DNA of 58,804 nt, the filler included, from Catajapyx aquilonaris (taxonomy: Eukaryota): NCBI GenBank assembly GCA_000934665.2. It is 2 parts of 2 records of this genome, joined end to end, with 100 filler letters (N's around TTAATTAATTAA, not from the genome) between each part and the next. Parts side by side here need not be neighbours in the genome. Positions count along the whole stretch, not along the records: positions 1 to 29,186 come from JYFJ02004826.1; positions 29,287 to 58,804 come from KZ539227.1. The stretch is one strand, 5' to 3'. A program made the translations under genes and the position numbers. Shown one piece after another: positions 23,580 to 33,719 of this stretch; position 1 is the stretch's first letter; each line of letters opens with the position of its first letter. The notes under the pieces were generated by a model. The model worked only from the letters and a program-made list of their open reading frames with translations, did not search any database and was not told where the DNA came from.

Positions 23580-26500
23580 CTAGATGGCGTCGATCATTTC
23601 ATCCTGAAAGGTGAATAATTACCTTGCGTAGTATAGTAATTACAACGACAATCATTGCCAAGATATATACTTACTGTGGTGCAAACGCGGAATATGTGAT
23701 TGTAAAGTTTGAGGTTCTCTCGGAACAAGTAGGCCTGAAAGTCTATTGCAGGCAGCAGCTTGAAATGTCTGTCCAGAAGTTCAATGTCCCTGTGTGCGGT
23801 CAACATAATATGGATTTTAGCAATAGTTAAAGTAATAATAGGTGCAATAACGTACTTCTTGGCAATTTTAGGATCAAGATTGCTGTAGAATCCTCGTATG
23901 TCATGCTCCTCTGTGTAGTCTGTTCCAGCTGTGGTCGGGAAGAAATACGTCAAAAAATGACATGCATACGTAGATCGTTGGCTTTCAAAATAATTACGGC
24001 AATTAATACTGACACTTCTTAATTTCCTCTTCATGCTCTTTCTGTGCCTCTTGGGCCTCCCTCCGCAGCTCGGCTTGCAGCTCTCTCTCCTGCTCCAGGA
24101 TGTCCTTGGTGGCCTCCTGCACCTTGGACAGCTTGACCTTCTCCATGGCGATCTGGAAGCTGTCCACCAGCACGGCCACCAGGAGGCTCATGAAGCAGAC
24201 GTACTCCACGGCGATGTTGACCAGGAGGAACGCCAGCAGGACGGGATCCTTCTTCGACTTGTGGTAGATGTCCCCCCAGTTGTCCAGGGTCAACAGGCCG
24301 AACAGGGTCAGGCTTGACCTGCCCAGGTTGCCGAAGTTCACTGGGTCCAGCAAGGCGAACAAGCCTCGTCCGATCACAGCAAACATGTCTTATTGTTATT
24401 GATGCAGACAATGGTCGTTAAAGTCAACAACTTTGCTTTGTCATCACAGTCATTCTTTTATTAGACCACTTATTATTGTTATTGTGAAATTAATGTGAAC
24501 ATTACAATCACCTAACATATTTTATCCATATAGTTGCAGCAAAGAGTAGGATGCATTTGACAGTTTCCTTTGGTGATCTCGGCTGCATAGCAAGGCTATG
24601 GAGATCGAAGATAATATACCCATGTAATGAAGTAAGTAATGAAAATCCAGTAACTAGTAGAATTCTGATATCTAATAGAATTCTGGTGACTGTGATAGAA
24701 TTACAGTATATATATAGTAAAATTCCGATAACTAATGGAATTCAGCAACTAATACAATTATTTCCAGTAACTATATCATTCTGGTAACTATAATAGAATT
24801 CAATAGGTAATGAAATTCGATAAGGTGACTTATACAGTATAATGAAAATTCCAACCAAATTTCTATAAGAATTCCAATAACTATAATATAATTTTCAGTA
24901 ACTGATGATTCTTAATTAACTAATATAATTCCGATAAGTATAAAATTCAATAGCTAATAAAATTCTGATAACTAATAAAATTTCCAGTAACTGATGAAAT
25001 TTTCATCCACTACTAATAGAGTTCCGATAGCTAATAAAATTAGATAACTAATAACATTTAATAGCTAATAACATTCGATAGCTAATAAAATTTTCATCAA
25101 CTAATAGAAATACGATAACTAATAAAATTTAATAGCTAATAAAATTATATAACTAATGAAATTTAATAGCTAATAACATTCGATAGCTAATAAAATTTCC
25201 ATCAACTAATAGAAATACGATAACTAATAAAATTTAATAGCTAATAAAATTAGATGACTAATAAAATTTAATAGCTAATAAAATTCCGATAAGAATTCCG
25301 ATAACTCATAAAATTTCCGGTAACTAATAAAATTCAATAGGCAATAGGATTCGATAGCTAATAAAATTTCCGTCAACTAATAGAAATACGATAACTAATA
25401 AAATTTAATAGCTAATAGAAATACGATAACTAATAAAATTTAATAGCTAATAAAATTATATAACTAATGAAATTTAATAGCTAATAACATTCGATAGCTA
25501 ATAAAATTTCCATCAACTAATAGAAATACGATAACTAATAAAATTTAATAGCTAATAAAATTAGATGACTAATAAAATTTAATAGCTAATAAAATTCCGA
25601 TAAGAATTCCGATAACTCATAAAATTTCCGGTAACTAATAAAATTCAATAGGCAATAGGATTCGATAGCTAATGAAATTCCGAAATCGACGAATTTGCGA
25701 CAACTCATAAAATTCCGATATATAGGCAATAAAATTCGATAGCTACCAAGCCGCTAATATATTAATGACAACCAACAGTAGTATAACTGATATCCAATGA
25801 TAAAATAATGAATAGCTGCTCAATACTGTAAAATAAACCCAAGTATCGGGCTGGAAAAATCCCATGGATATCCAGCAGATATCCACTGATGAATCCCCAC
25901 TGGATATTTGGACATCCATGGGATTTTCCAGGGCGATTCGTAGTACCGTGCTACTCGTCGATGCACAAAATGATCCTGTGATGCCCATCATGAGTTCACA
26001 TTATGCAGAATAAGTTTGTGAAGATTGCTATGCGAAACACACCATGTATTTTGGCTTATTAGGTGTTAATAGGATACGTATACATCGCAGAAGAAAGGAT
26101 ACAGAGGAAGAGGAACATGAGGCAGGCGATGGACCCAATGGACTGCATCGACGAGAAGAAGCTGCTCACAATGAGCTGCAGGTTGCCTAGAAATCTTCAT
26201 CAGGAAGAAGAAGAAGAAAAAGGCAAATTTATTGTTATTATTATTGTCAGCATTATATGGATCTCATCGGAAGCTGCTGACTTGATGGTCCTGAGCATCC
26301 TGAGTGCTCTCAAGGCCCGTATTATCCGAAAGATGCGGAACACCCTGAAGATGGCGGCGCCACTCAGGCTGGCCACGTTCTCCAGGATGTAAGGCAGGAC
26401 CTGGTCGGACACGCTGAAGATGACGATGGTGAAGTCCAGGATGTTCCACGAGTCGGAGAAATAATCCCTCCTCAAAGCTATTAGCTTTATGATGGCCTCG

Positions 26501-27515
26501 AAGATGTAGATTCCAAGAAGAGCCGTGTCGCATTCAGATATGTAGAACTCTGAGGGGAAATAGAATCCCATCATTGGCAATAGGCAACACTGCCCGGCTC
26601 GCCCCCCTTCACTTAGACGTAGTACGATATGCCACAAAGTAGATGGCGCGCACATCCACCCTCTCTGCACGCTACTGCCACGGTGGCGACTATGGTAACT
26701 ACATGCACGTTGGTGATGAGTCAACGCGTGCCATGCCTAGCCAATTCTATGTGAATTTTTGTTACCTGAACCACTGACCAAAATAGACGTTGATGTATTC
26801 AAATGTTTGGGCGATGATGAGACCAGTGTTGAAGAAGATGATGCTCATGATGACAGTGGTGAACAGTGGCTGCTCAATGATGTGATGGACGTGCTTTCGA
26901 AAACTGGAGGCGTTGGCCAGTCTCTTCTTCTTGTTGATTGCTTCGACTCGTGTGTCCAGTAGATATTGCCTGTCGTCCACGTCGGATGTCTTGAGAAACT
27001 CGTTTCTGAAGGCTGCTTCACTCTCTGTTTCCATGGCTGCCAGACGTTCAATTTCCTGGATCTCAGCTTGTCTCCTGAGATCTTCTGCTAGTTTAATCGC
27101 CTCTTCGTCTATTGGGGTTACCTCAGCATACACTGGGATACGGAGCTTTCGAAGTGCCTACAAGTTTCGTCGTTATACTGATGATGCCCTATTATGTAAA
27201 ATTTGGACCATGAAATTTATATACCTTGAATGACTTTCGTCCTAGCAACATTGCTCTTTTGAGAGAGGCCTTCTCTTGCTCCTTTGCAGTCTTCTTGAAG
27301 TCGGACATTTCCGTGCTTTTGGTCGATCCAGCCGACCCAGTGGAGGCAGTCTCCATGGAAAACACCCCAGTGGACACAGTCCCTTGGGACACCCCAGAGC
27401 GGACAGAGGAAACGGAATCCCCTGAGAGCCGCCGTTGCTGCTGAGGCTGCAAGGTGGCCCCAAACGGTACATTTGTGCCTCCTCCTCCTCCTCTCCTGTC
27501 TGGAGGGGACGCCAT
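23580..27515 (-). CDS. CATSPER1: CatSper1-like sperm cation channel alpha subunit (single 6TM domain), 8 coding exons
   Basis: Reconstructed exons: 27515-~27225; ~27157-26780 (S1 LFTTVIMSIIFFNTGLII); ~26549-26282 (S2-S4: IYIFEAIIKL, DSWNILDFTIV, FRVFRIFRIIRALRALRMLRTIK); 26194-26103 (MQSIGSIACLMFLFL); 24388-24014 (YMFAVIGRGLF..DPVNFGNL..LTLFGLLTLDNW..LLVAVLVDSFQ plus coiled coil); ~23928-23855; ~23789-23674 (ELLDRHFKLLPAIDFQ); ~23603-23580 (DEMIDAI*). S5-pore-S6 closely resembles recalled CATSPER1 (SIAAILILMF..LF..DPKRFQN..TLFTLLTLDDW..VLVDSFQ). Confidence 0.85.
24880..25745. repeat. AT-rich minisatellite (~19-21-bp unit) with a higher-order duplication
   Basis: Unit ~CTAATAAAATT(T/C)xATAG/A. 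Block 25101-25362 recurs apparently identically at 25412-25673. Confidence 0.9.
25851..25931. repeat. ~80-bp imperfect hairpin
   Basis: CTGGAAAAATCCCATGGATATCCA ... TGGACATCCATGGGATTTTCCAG. Confidence 0.7.
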
Positions 27516-28108
27516 TGTCTTCTGCCGCTCAGTTTGTTCAGCTTATTCAGACGATCGAAAAGCAATGCACCAACAAAAATGAAGGCCATTTCTCATTACT
27601 ATGACGACACATTTCTCTGATGACTTTTCTTACATATCGCAACGATTAGTGTGATTATGAGCATGTTAATATTTATGCAAAAATGCAGGCGAATTACTAG
27701 TGATCAGCCACAACGAGCCGCATGATCAGTTTATATTTCCCGGTGTCAATATTGCCAGATGGAAATACATGTAATGGGAACCGTATGGTACTGTTTGTGG
27801 TTGACACAAGTTTTACTGTACAATTAGTAAATATTGATATGCATTTTTGTAAGTATAATTTGTGAGGCGTTTGATTCCAAAGGCACAGCTGCAGAGAACG
27901 ACTGCATCTGGCAACCCGTATCCAATATGGCTGCCTCCATGTGCCACCCCTGCTTGAAAAAAGTTGACATGTTATAATTATTTCATAACAATTTTTTCCC
28001 TGATTAATGATCCGTATCTTATCTGGGGGCCTCCTAATCCGTTCCCGTGCGTCACTAATTGCCGGTGCAGGTGGTCTCCTCGAGATACCTTTCGTGGCAG
28101 TGAAGACG

Positions 28109-28280
28109 ATGTCTTTGAGCAAGGTGGTAGTGGCCAGGCTGGTGTGCCCTGCTGATGCAGCTGGTGATGATGAGGACTGCCCATCCCATCCCCCGATAGA
28201 CCTTCCCCACGGAGTATCCGTGGCCGTGGGACGAGGGCCCCTCACGAAGGTCAAGGAGAGGGCATGTGCCAGAGAGCAAG
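28109..28280 (+). CDS. First coding exon of an aprataxin/PNKP/APLF-family FHA-domain protein (partial)
   Basis: MSLSKVVVARLVCP...HPPIDLPHGVSVAVGRGPLTKVKERACAREQ|GT resembles the recalled APTX/PNKP FHA start ([31 protein letters not shown]). An upstream acceptor TGCAG lies at ~28070. No further exons were found before or after the gap. Confidence 0.75.
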
Positions 28281-28441
28281 GTCATTACACTTATTATTAC
28301 ATTACATTATGCATTGTATTGTCAGTTATATTAAGCATTTCATTAGTGATATTAAGCTGTAGGCCTATTGTATTACTTAAATTATATTCCACTACATTAG
28401 TTACTTTACATGACGAGTTATATTAAGCTACATTGTATTAC

Positions 28442-28738
28442 TAATAATAATAATAATATAATAATAATAATAATAATAATGGATACCCCGTGATATAGGC
28501 CCCTTGGGCCTCTTAGGGGATCATCTTTTTGAAAATCCGACTTTAATCATTTGCCTGAAATGTGATGGATTTTGATTGCGGGAGGAAACGGGAGAACCCC
28601 GAGAAAACCCACGCTAACACGGAGAGAACCCATCGAAACTCTATCCACATAAGTATCCTCCATCCGACCCGGGGATCGAACTCGGGACCTTAGAGGTGGA
28701 AGGCTGCGGCGCTAACCACTCCACCACCATGTCGCCCT
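28442..28738 (-). mobile_element. tRNA-derived SINE with V-domain-like core and (ATT)n tail
   Basis: Minus strand: A-box TGGTGGAGTGGTTAG, B-box GAGTTCGATCCC, core GCGTGGGTTTTCTCGGGGTTCTCCCGTTTCCTCCCGC and tail (ATT)n at 28442-28480. Confidence 0.8.
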
Positions 28739-29090
28739 CACATTAGTTATATTAATTAGGTTACATTAGTCACACAATATGCATTCTATTAGCCACATTC
28801 TCTTGTTAATCGGGTGATATTAGTTACATAATCCAACATCCAGCTACATTCCATTTGTTATATATTAAGCTATATGCGTTATTAGGTTAATATTATATTC
28901 CATGATAGTAGTTACATTATATTAGCTACATTACATAATATCAAAGGTACATTATATATCAGTTATATTAAGCTATATTGTATTGGCTAAATTATATCCC
29001 ACTAGATTAATTTAGTTGCATTCTATTAGCTGTATTAATTTAGGTGCATTTTATTAGCTGTATTAATTTAGTTGCATTTTATTAGCTGTA

Positions 29091-29186
29091 CTAGCAGCGG
29101 TACCCGTTCTTCGCACGGGAAAAAAAGAGCGTGGATAATTATACCGAAATCTTCTTAGATCTCAAGCAATATTAAATGCAAAACTG
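29091..29186 (-). mobile_element. Helitron 3' terminus running into the gap
   Basis: Minus strand CCCGT-GCGAAGA-ACGGG hairpin, 8 nt, then CTAG|T. This is the canonical Helitron 3' end layout. Confidence 0.7.
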
Positions 29187-29286
29187 NNNNNNNNNNNNNN
29201 NNNNNNNNNNNNNNNNNNNNNNNNNNNNNNTTAATTAATTAANNNNNNNNNNNNNNNNNNNNNNNNNNNNNNNNNNNNNNNNNNNN
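29187..29286. other. Assembly gap with artificial TTAATTAATTAA spacer
   Basis: 44 N, then TTAATTAATTAA (stop codons in all six frames), then 44 N, totalling exactly 100 nt. Confidence 0.95.
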
Positions 29287-29384
29287 CTCGCCTACTGTTG
29301 CCTTTCCATATGGTGTAAATAAACTATTAGTTGCATCTGGACGTTACGTGCATTATTCCCACCACCTGACGGACCAGCACCTTG

Positions 29385-29560
29385 CTGGTCGACAGAAGCG
29401 GCTGTGGCCTATTATTTAGGAAGCAATCCCGGAATTCTCCTGGGGAGACCGTGGGAAACCCCAGAAAACCACGGTTAGGATTCCCGGCCCCGGGGCTCGA
29501 ACCCAGAACCTCCCGATTAGCAGTTTAACACCTTATCCCCTCCACCAAACTACTTCGGCT
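29385..29560 (-). mobile_element. tRNA-derived SINE (second family)
   Basis: Minus strand B-box GGGTTCGAGCCC, followed by GTGGTTTTCTGGGGTTTCCC...GAATTCCGGGATTGCTTCCTAAATAATAGGCCACAGCCGCTTC, a body typical of hexapod SINEs. Confidence 0.65.
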
Positions 29561-29755
29561 GATTCCCATCACTTGGTGCTGTTATACGCACGAAAAAATA
29601 TATTATAAGGATGTCAATTCGCCCATGACTTCCTGTTTCTCGTTTCATTTGTGTCCCAGAATACCCCTGAAACACTACAGCGCACAGCAATGCCCTAGCA
29701 TAGTTCCAAGTAACTCCTCAAAACCAAAGGTCAAAACCTTTCTACAATACTTGTA

Positions 29756-29970
29756 AGGTGAAGTGGGGTAAGTGCATACACGGGGTAAGTGCATAAACTG
29801 GCCGCCATATTGGAATGAAAATGGCTGACATGCTCACCTCTTGTGGGGATGTGATGTGCAGCTACACAAAAGAGTGCCTGACGTGTTTTGGTGTCGTCAG
29901 CCATTTTCATTCCAATATGGCGGCCCCGTGTATGCACTTACCCCGTGTATGCACTTACCCCACTTCACCT
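29756..29970. mobile_element. Palindromic MITE with TA TSD (Tc1/mariner-pogo-like)
   Basis: TA|AGGTGAAGTGGGGTAAGTGCATACACGGGGTAAGTGCATA...GGCCGCCATATTGGAATGAAAATGGCTGAC and its reverse complement ending CACTTCACCT|TA, with ~75-bp arms. Related motifs at ~56268-56305 and ~57950-58002. Confidence 0.85.
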
Positions 29971-30630
29971 TATATATTATTCCATTCCTCATCTGTAGCA
30001 ATATGTATCATCAAGAGCTCTTGGTATCATACAGTACACAGCATATTGTATAAGTTGTTTTTCCCCTTCCCCCTCCTGGTATACTTGCAGATTTCAAGTC
30101 TACTGATTAGTAAAGAGAACATAGCTTATGTAATTACCCCCGTCTGCCATTAGTTTAGGAAACTCAGGCCTCCTGCAGTCGATATCAAACAACTGAAGCC
30201 ACTCTTGGACTATGGGGGCGTAAGGTGGCAGCTCCCTCTCCCTTGACATGGTTCCTACTATTGCACGATGCTGATTTCTTAAAACTGGATTCAAAGATTC
30301 ATAGGATGGTTATCTGGAAGTGGATCATACAGAGATCAGGTCGTGGTGTTCGAATAGAAATAATACAGAAATGATTATCATCAAAGTACACAAATAAATC
30401 ATAATCAAATTATGGATTAATGCATGCATACGACACTATAATTACCAGATGTGCAATATACATGTTAAATTATGAATTATCTTCACTTACATTGGTTGAA
30501 AGTACGACTTTGTAGGCACAAGCGTGTAGAATCGCCTGGCCACTTCAAAAGCTGAGATGGTTATGACATTAAACAGTTGTTGCCAAGCAACCAATACAAA
30601 TAGTAACGCAACAATATTATGGCCTGATAA

Positions 30631-31161
30631 TAGGGTGATCCAACTTTATCGCTCCAACAGTTATTGAAAAAATCGCGTAAGCTGCTACTTTTTAAGCAGC
30701 TACTTGCTAAGAGTTGCTTTCTCGAGTATTTGGAATAGCACCTGCTGATATTAGGTCCATTGCTCATGTACCGTACCAATTAATGAGGGAAAAAAGGGTC
30801 ACCCGTGGGAAACAGGTCGTCTGCCGGGTTGTGACTGGCCAAATGGGTCAATCGCGAGGGGTCGGATGGTAACTGTTGCGACCCAGAAATGGAAAGGTCA
30901 TCTCTTTATTTCCTCATCTCCAAACTGATTCATGTGTTGGCCTGCATTTTGGTGTTCTCTGGAGGGATTCAGATGAAGTCACTAGCTGCCAATCAGAGGG
31001 CTATTAAATCCGTCGAACCGGACAGACCCGGTTGTGTCAATGAATAGGTCATTAATTGGTACATGGGCATTGGACCTATTATCAGCATGTGCTATTCTAG
31101 ATACTCGAGAAATTAACTCTTAGCAAGTAGCAGCTTAAAAAGATAAAGTTGGATCACCCTG
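30631..31161. mobile_element. Non-autonomous DNA transposon with ~110-155-bp TIRs
   Basis: AGGGTGATCCAACTTTATC...CTACTTGCTAAGAGTT...GTACCAATTAATGA (30631-30786) is inverted at 31049-31161 (TCATTAATTGGTAC...AACTCTTAGCAAGTAG...GATAAAGTTGGATCACCCT). No clear TSD. Confidence 0.75.
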
Positions 31162-31297
31162 GCTGCCCCTTTTTGCAAGCCATATTGCTTTCTGTGTAAG
31201 GTATACCATCAGGGTAATAATATTATGGGGAAGATTAGAAGTACTTTTTTGACAAATGACATTGTCATACATTCATACCTAGGTTTTGGAACCTATA

Positions 31298-31405
31298 GGG
31301 GTGGAATTTTCGTCTTACTTCTAGTTACTGCTATCTTAGAAATGCCAATGCCAACACTGGCACTACTAAGTTAGCGAAGTTAGCAGGGGGATGAAAATTC
31401 CACCC
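31298..31405. mobile_element. ~110-bp palindromic MITE (GGGGTGGAATTT family), copy 2
   Basis: TA|GGGGTGGAATTTTCGTC...GATGAAAATTCCACCC|TA, sharing internal sequence with 1569-1670. Confidence 0.7.
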
Positions 31406-31828
31406 TAGCATTTTTGATTGAGAAGTGTTCATGCTTAACTTGTTTTGACATTTGACAGTTTAGGCCTAATATTGTCCAACACGGAAGTTAATTTTAGTAA
31501 GTAGACTTCTGTGTCGGGGAGGAGAATCATGTAGGCTGTAAAAAGTTGATGTAAGTGTTGGTTCCTGAATCTTACTGTTGGTAGGTTTTCCTGGGTTAAG
31601 TGGTGTAGTTTTAAGTCAGCCTTAAGTAAAGATTCTTAGTTGAAAGATGGCAAAGTTCTTATGTAGGCCCTATACTTATTTTTTGATCAAATAACTAGGA
31701 TTGAAGATGATCCACATACCCCTCGAGCGTCTTCTCATTTTGTGTCTCTTAAGAACTGGGATTGTGTAGCCTATTGTTTGAAGGCTTTATTATGAAGTGG
31801 GTAAGTTTGGAATTGAGCAGTCAGAGGG

Positions 31829-33719
31829 GGCTCAAACCCCGAAAACGGCAATTGGGCGAAAAAAAACGTCCATACTGCAGAATGCTCTATGCCAAACCAT
31901 CCATTCCGCAGAATGGATGGAGCATTCTGCAGAATGCTCCATGTCCAATCATCCATTCAGCAGAATGGACGGTTTGACATGGAGCATTCTGCAGTCTGGA
32001 CGTTTTAAACCATCCATTCTGCAGAATGGACGTGTTAATGAAACGGCCAGACCCCGAAATGCTCTTTTAAAAATGCCAGAACGCTTTCCTGGGCTAAACT
32101 TAAACGTCAGGACGCCAATTCATGTCGGGATGGCTGATTTAGAAGACGCCCATAACTCATTGTGTCAGTTTCCTGTTTCCCACTATGCCATGTAGATGCT
32201 GGAAATAAATCACCCTATTGTTGTTTGGCAAATGGTTGAAATACTTAACATTTGATGATGCTGTTTATTTTCCAGGAACTATTACCTTCATCATAAGAGG
32301 CGGGATTCCAATGTCCCCTAGGTCCATTGGTGTCCTTTTGAGTTTTCAGTTTTTGTTGTCATAAAGTATATATAATTATGAACTTATGGATTTGGGAAAA
32401 TCCTCCGATTTCCGTGCTTGGACATAGAGACATTTGGTGTATTCTGACCTCAGGAGGAGGTGGGAAGTACCATAAGCTACCAATCGATGACTGTCCTCAC
32501 TTCATTTTTCTTGAAAATGGACTTAGGGGACTTTGGAATCCGCCTCTAGCATTCTTACAGGCACCGTTAGTTACACTTAGAATATTATTACATTTAGTAT
32601 TGAACGACATTTACATTTCTTATCAGTGCAGTACTTTTTGCAACTGGAACTTACGAATCCATGCTTACTACCTGAACTTAAAAGCTGAAGCCGATCGAAG
32701 AGATATAGATCTGGTGGAAGGAACTTCGTTCAGGTCTATAAAATTGCAATTAGCAGGTGTGAACTCTTTGCAAGCATAGAGCCTCTCTAAAATGCAGCCT
32801 TCTTTGGTGCCCAACTGGTATAGAGCCCAGATGCTTGAACGTAACCTAAAACAACCCTTAACACATTCCTATAGGAGCCAAAAACATTCTCGATTGACTT
32901 CAGGTACTCTATTTCAGAGTTTTCATGCTGAAGCTGAACAACTCGAAGCTGCTGCCATCCTGCTGATTTAAATTTTATAGATCTGAACGAAGTTCCTTCC
33001 ACCAGTTATGTATCTCTTCGATCGGATTCAGCTTTAAGTTCAGGTAGTAAGCAGGGATTCATAAGTTGCAGTTGCAAAAAGTACTGCAAGAAATGTAAAT
33101 GCCGATCAAGCAATATTAAGTGCAATTCTAAGTGTAATTCGCACAGTGCCTGCAAGAACAAATAGACTAATAATAATTGAAGGATAACAGTTCCTGGAAG
33201 AAGATGTACTAGTAATAATGGTAATGAATATTTGGAGGTAACACAGTTCTTGGAAAATAAACAGCATCATCAAATGTCAAGTATTTCAACCATTTGCCAA
33301 ACAACAATAGGGTAATTTATTTCCAGCATCTACATGGCATAGTGGGAAACAGGAAACTGCCACAACGAGTTATGGGCGTCATATAAACCAGCCATCCCGA
33401 CACGAAATTGGCGTCCAGGAAAGCGTTCTGGCATTTTTAAAAGAGTATTTCGGGGTCTGGTCGTTTCATTAAAACTTTCATTCTGCAGAATGGATGGTTT
33501 TAAAATGAGCATTCTGCAGAATGGATGGTTTAAAACGTCCATACTGCAGAATGCTCCATGTCAAACTGTCCATTCTGCAGAATTGATGGTTGGACAAGAA
33601 GCACTCTGCCGAATGGACTGTTGGACAAGGAGCATTCTACAGAATGGACGGTTTGACATAGAGCATTCTGCAGTATGGACGTTTTTTTTCGCCCAATGGC
33701 CGTTTTCGGGGTTTGAGCC
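31829..33719. mobile_element. 1.9-kb foldback-type element with long modular inverted arms
   Basis: Outer arms 31829-~32280 and ~33245-33719 (GGCTCAAACCCCGAAAACGG / CCGTTTTCGGGGTTTGAGCC) carry tandem CATTCTGCAGAATG palindromes. Inner arms ~32560-32760 and ~32960-33155. No transposase ORF. Confidence 0.85.

Larger units (their letters stand above)
24389..26102 (-). other. U12-type (minor spliceosome) GT-AG intron in the S5 helix of the CatSper-like gene
   Basis: 5' splice site GTATCCTTT at 26102 down. The 3' end ...CAATAACAATAAG| has no polypyrimidine tract and a branch-like GACTTTAAC ~30-38 nt upstream. Splicing T|AC restores Tyr and the FLFLYMFAVIG helix. Confidence 0.8.

Noticed and set aside
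29231..29242. TTAATTAATTAA as a biological motif
   Set aside because: It is centred in a fixed-length N run, so it is an assembly spacer.
30100..30316. Minus-strand exon-like ORF MSRERELPPYAPIVQEWLQLFDIDCRRPEFPKL
   Set aside because: It has an upstream acceptor and a possible donor, but I found no plausible downstream exon and no recognisable homology.
31860..32035. Regularly spaced CATTCTGCAGAATG palindromes resembling a CRISPR array
   Set aside because: Eukaryotic context, short mutually related spacers, no cas genes, and the array is mirrored in the opposite arm of a foldback element.
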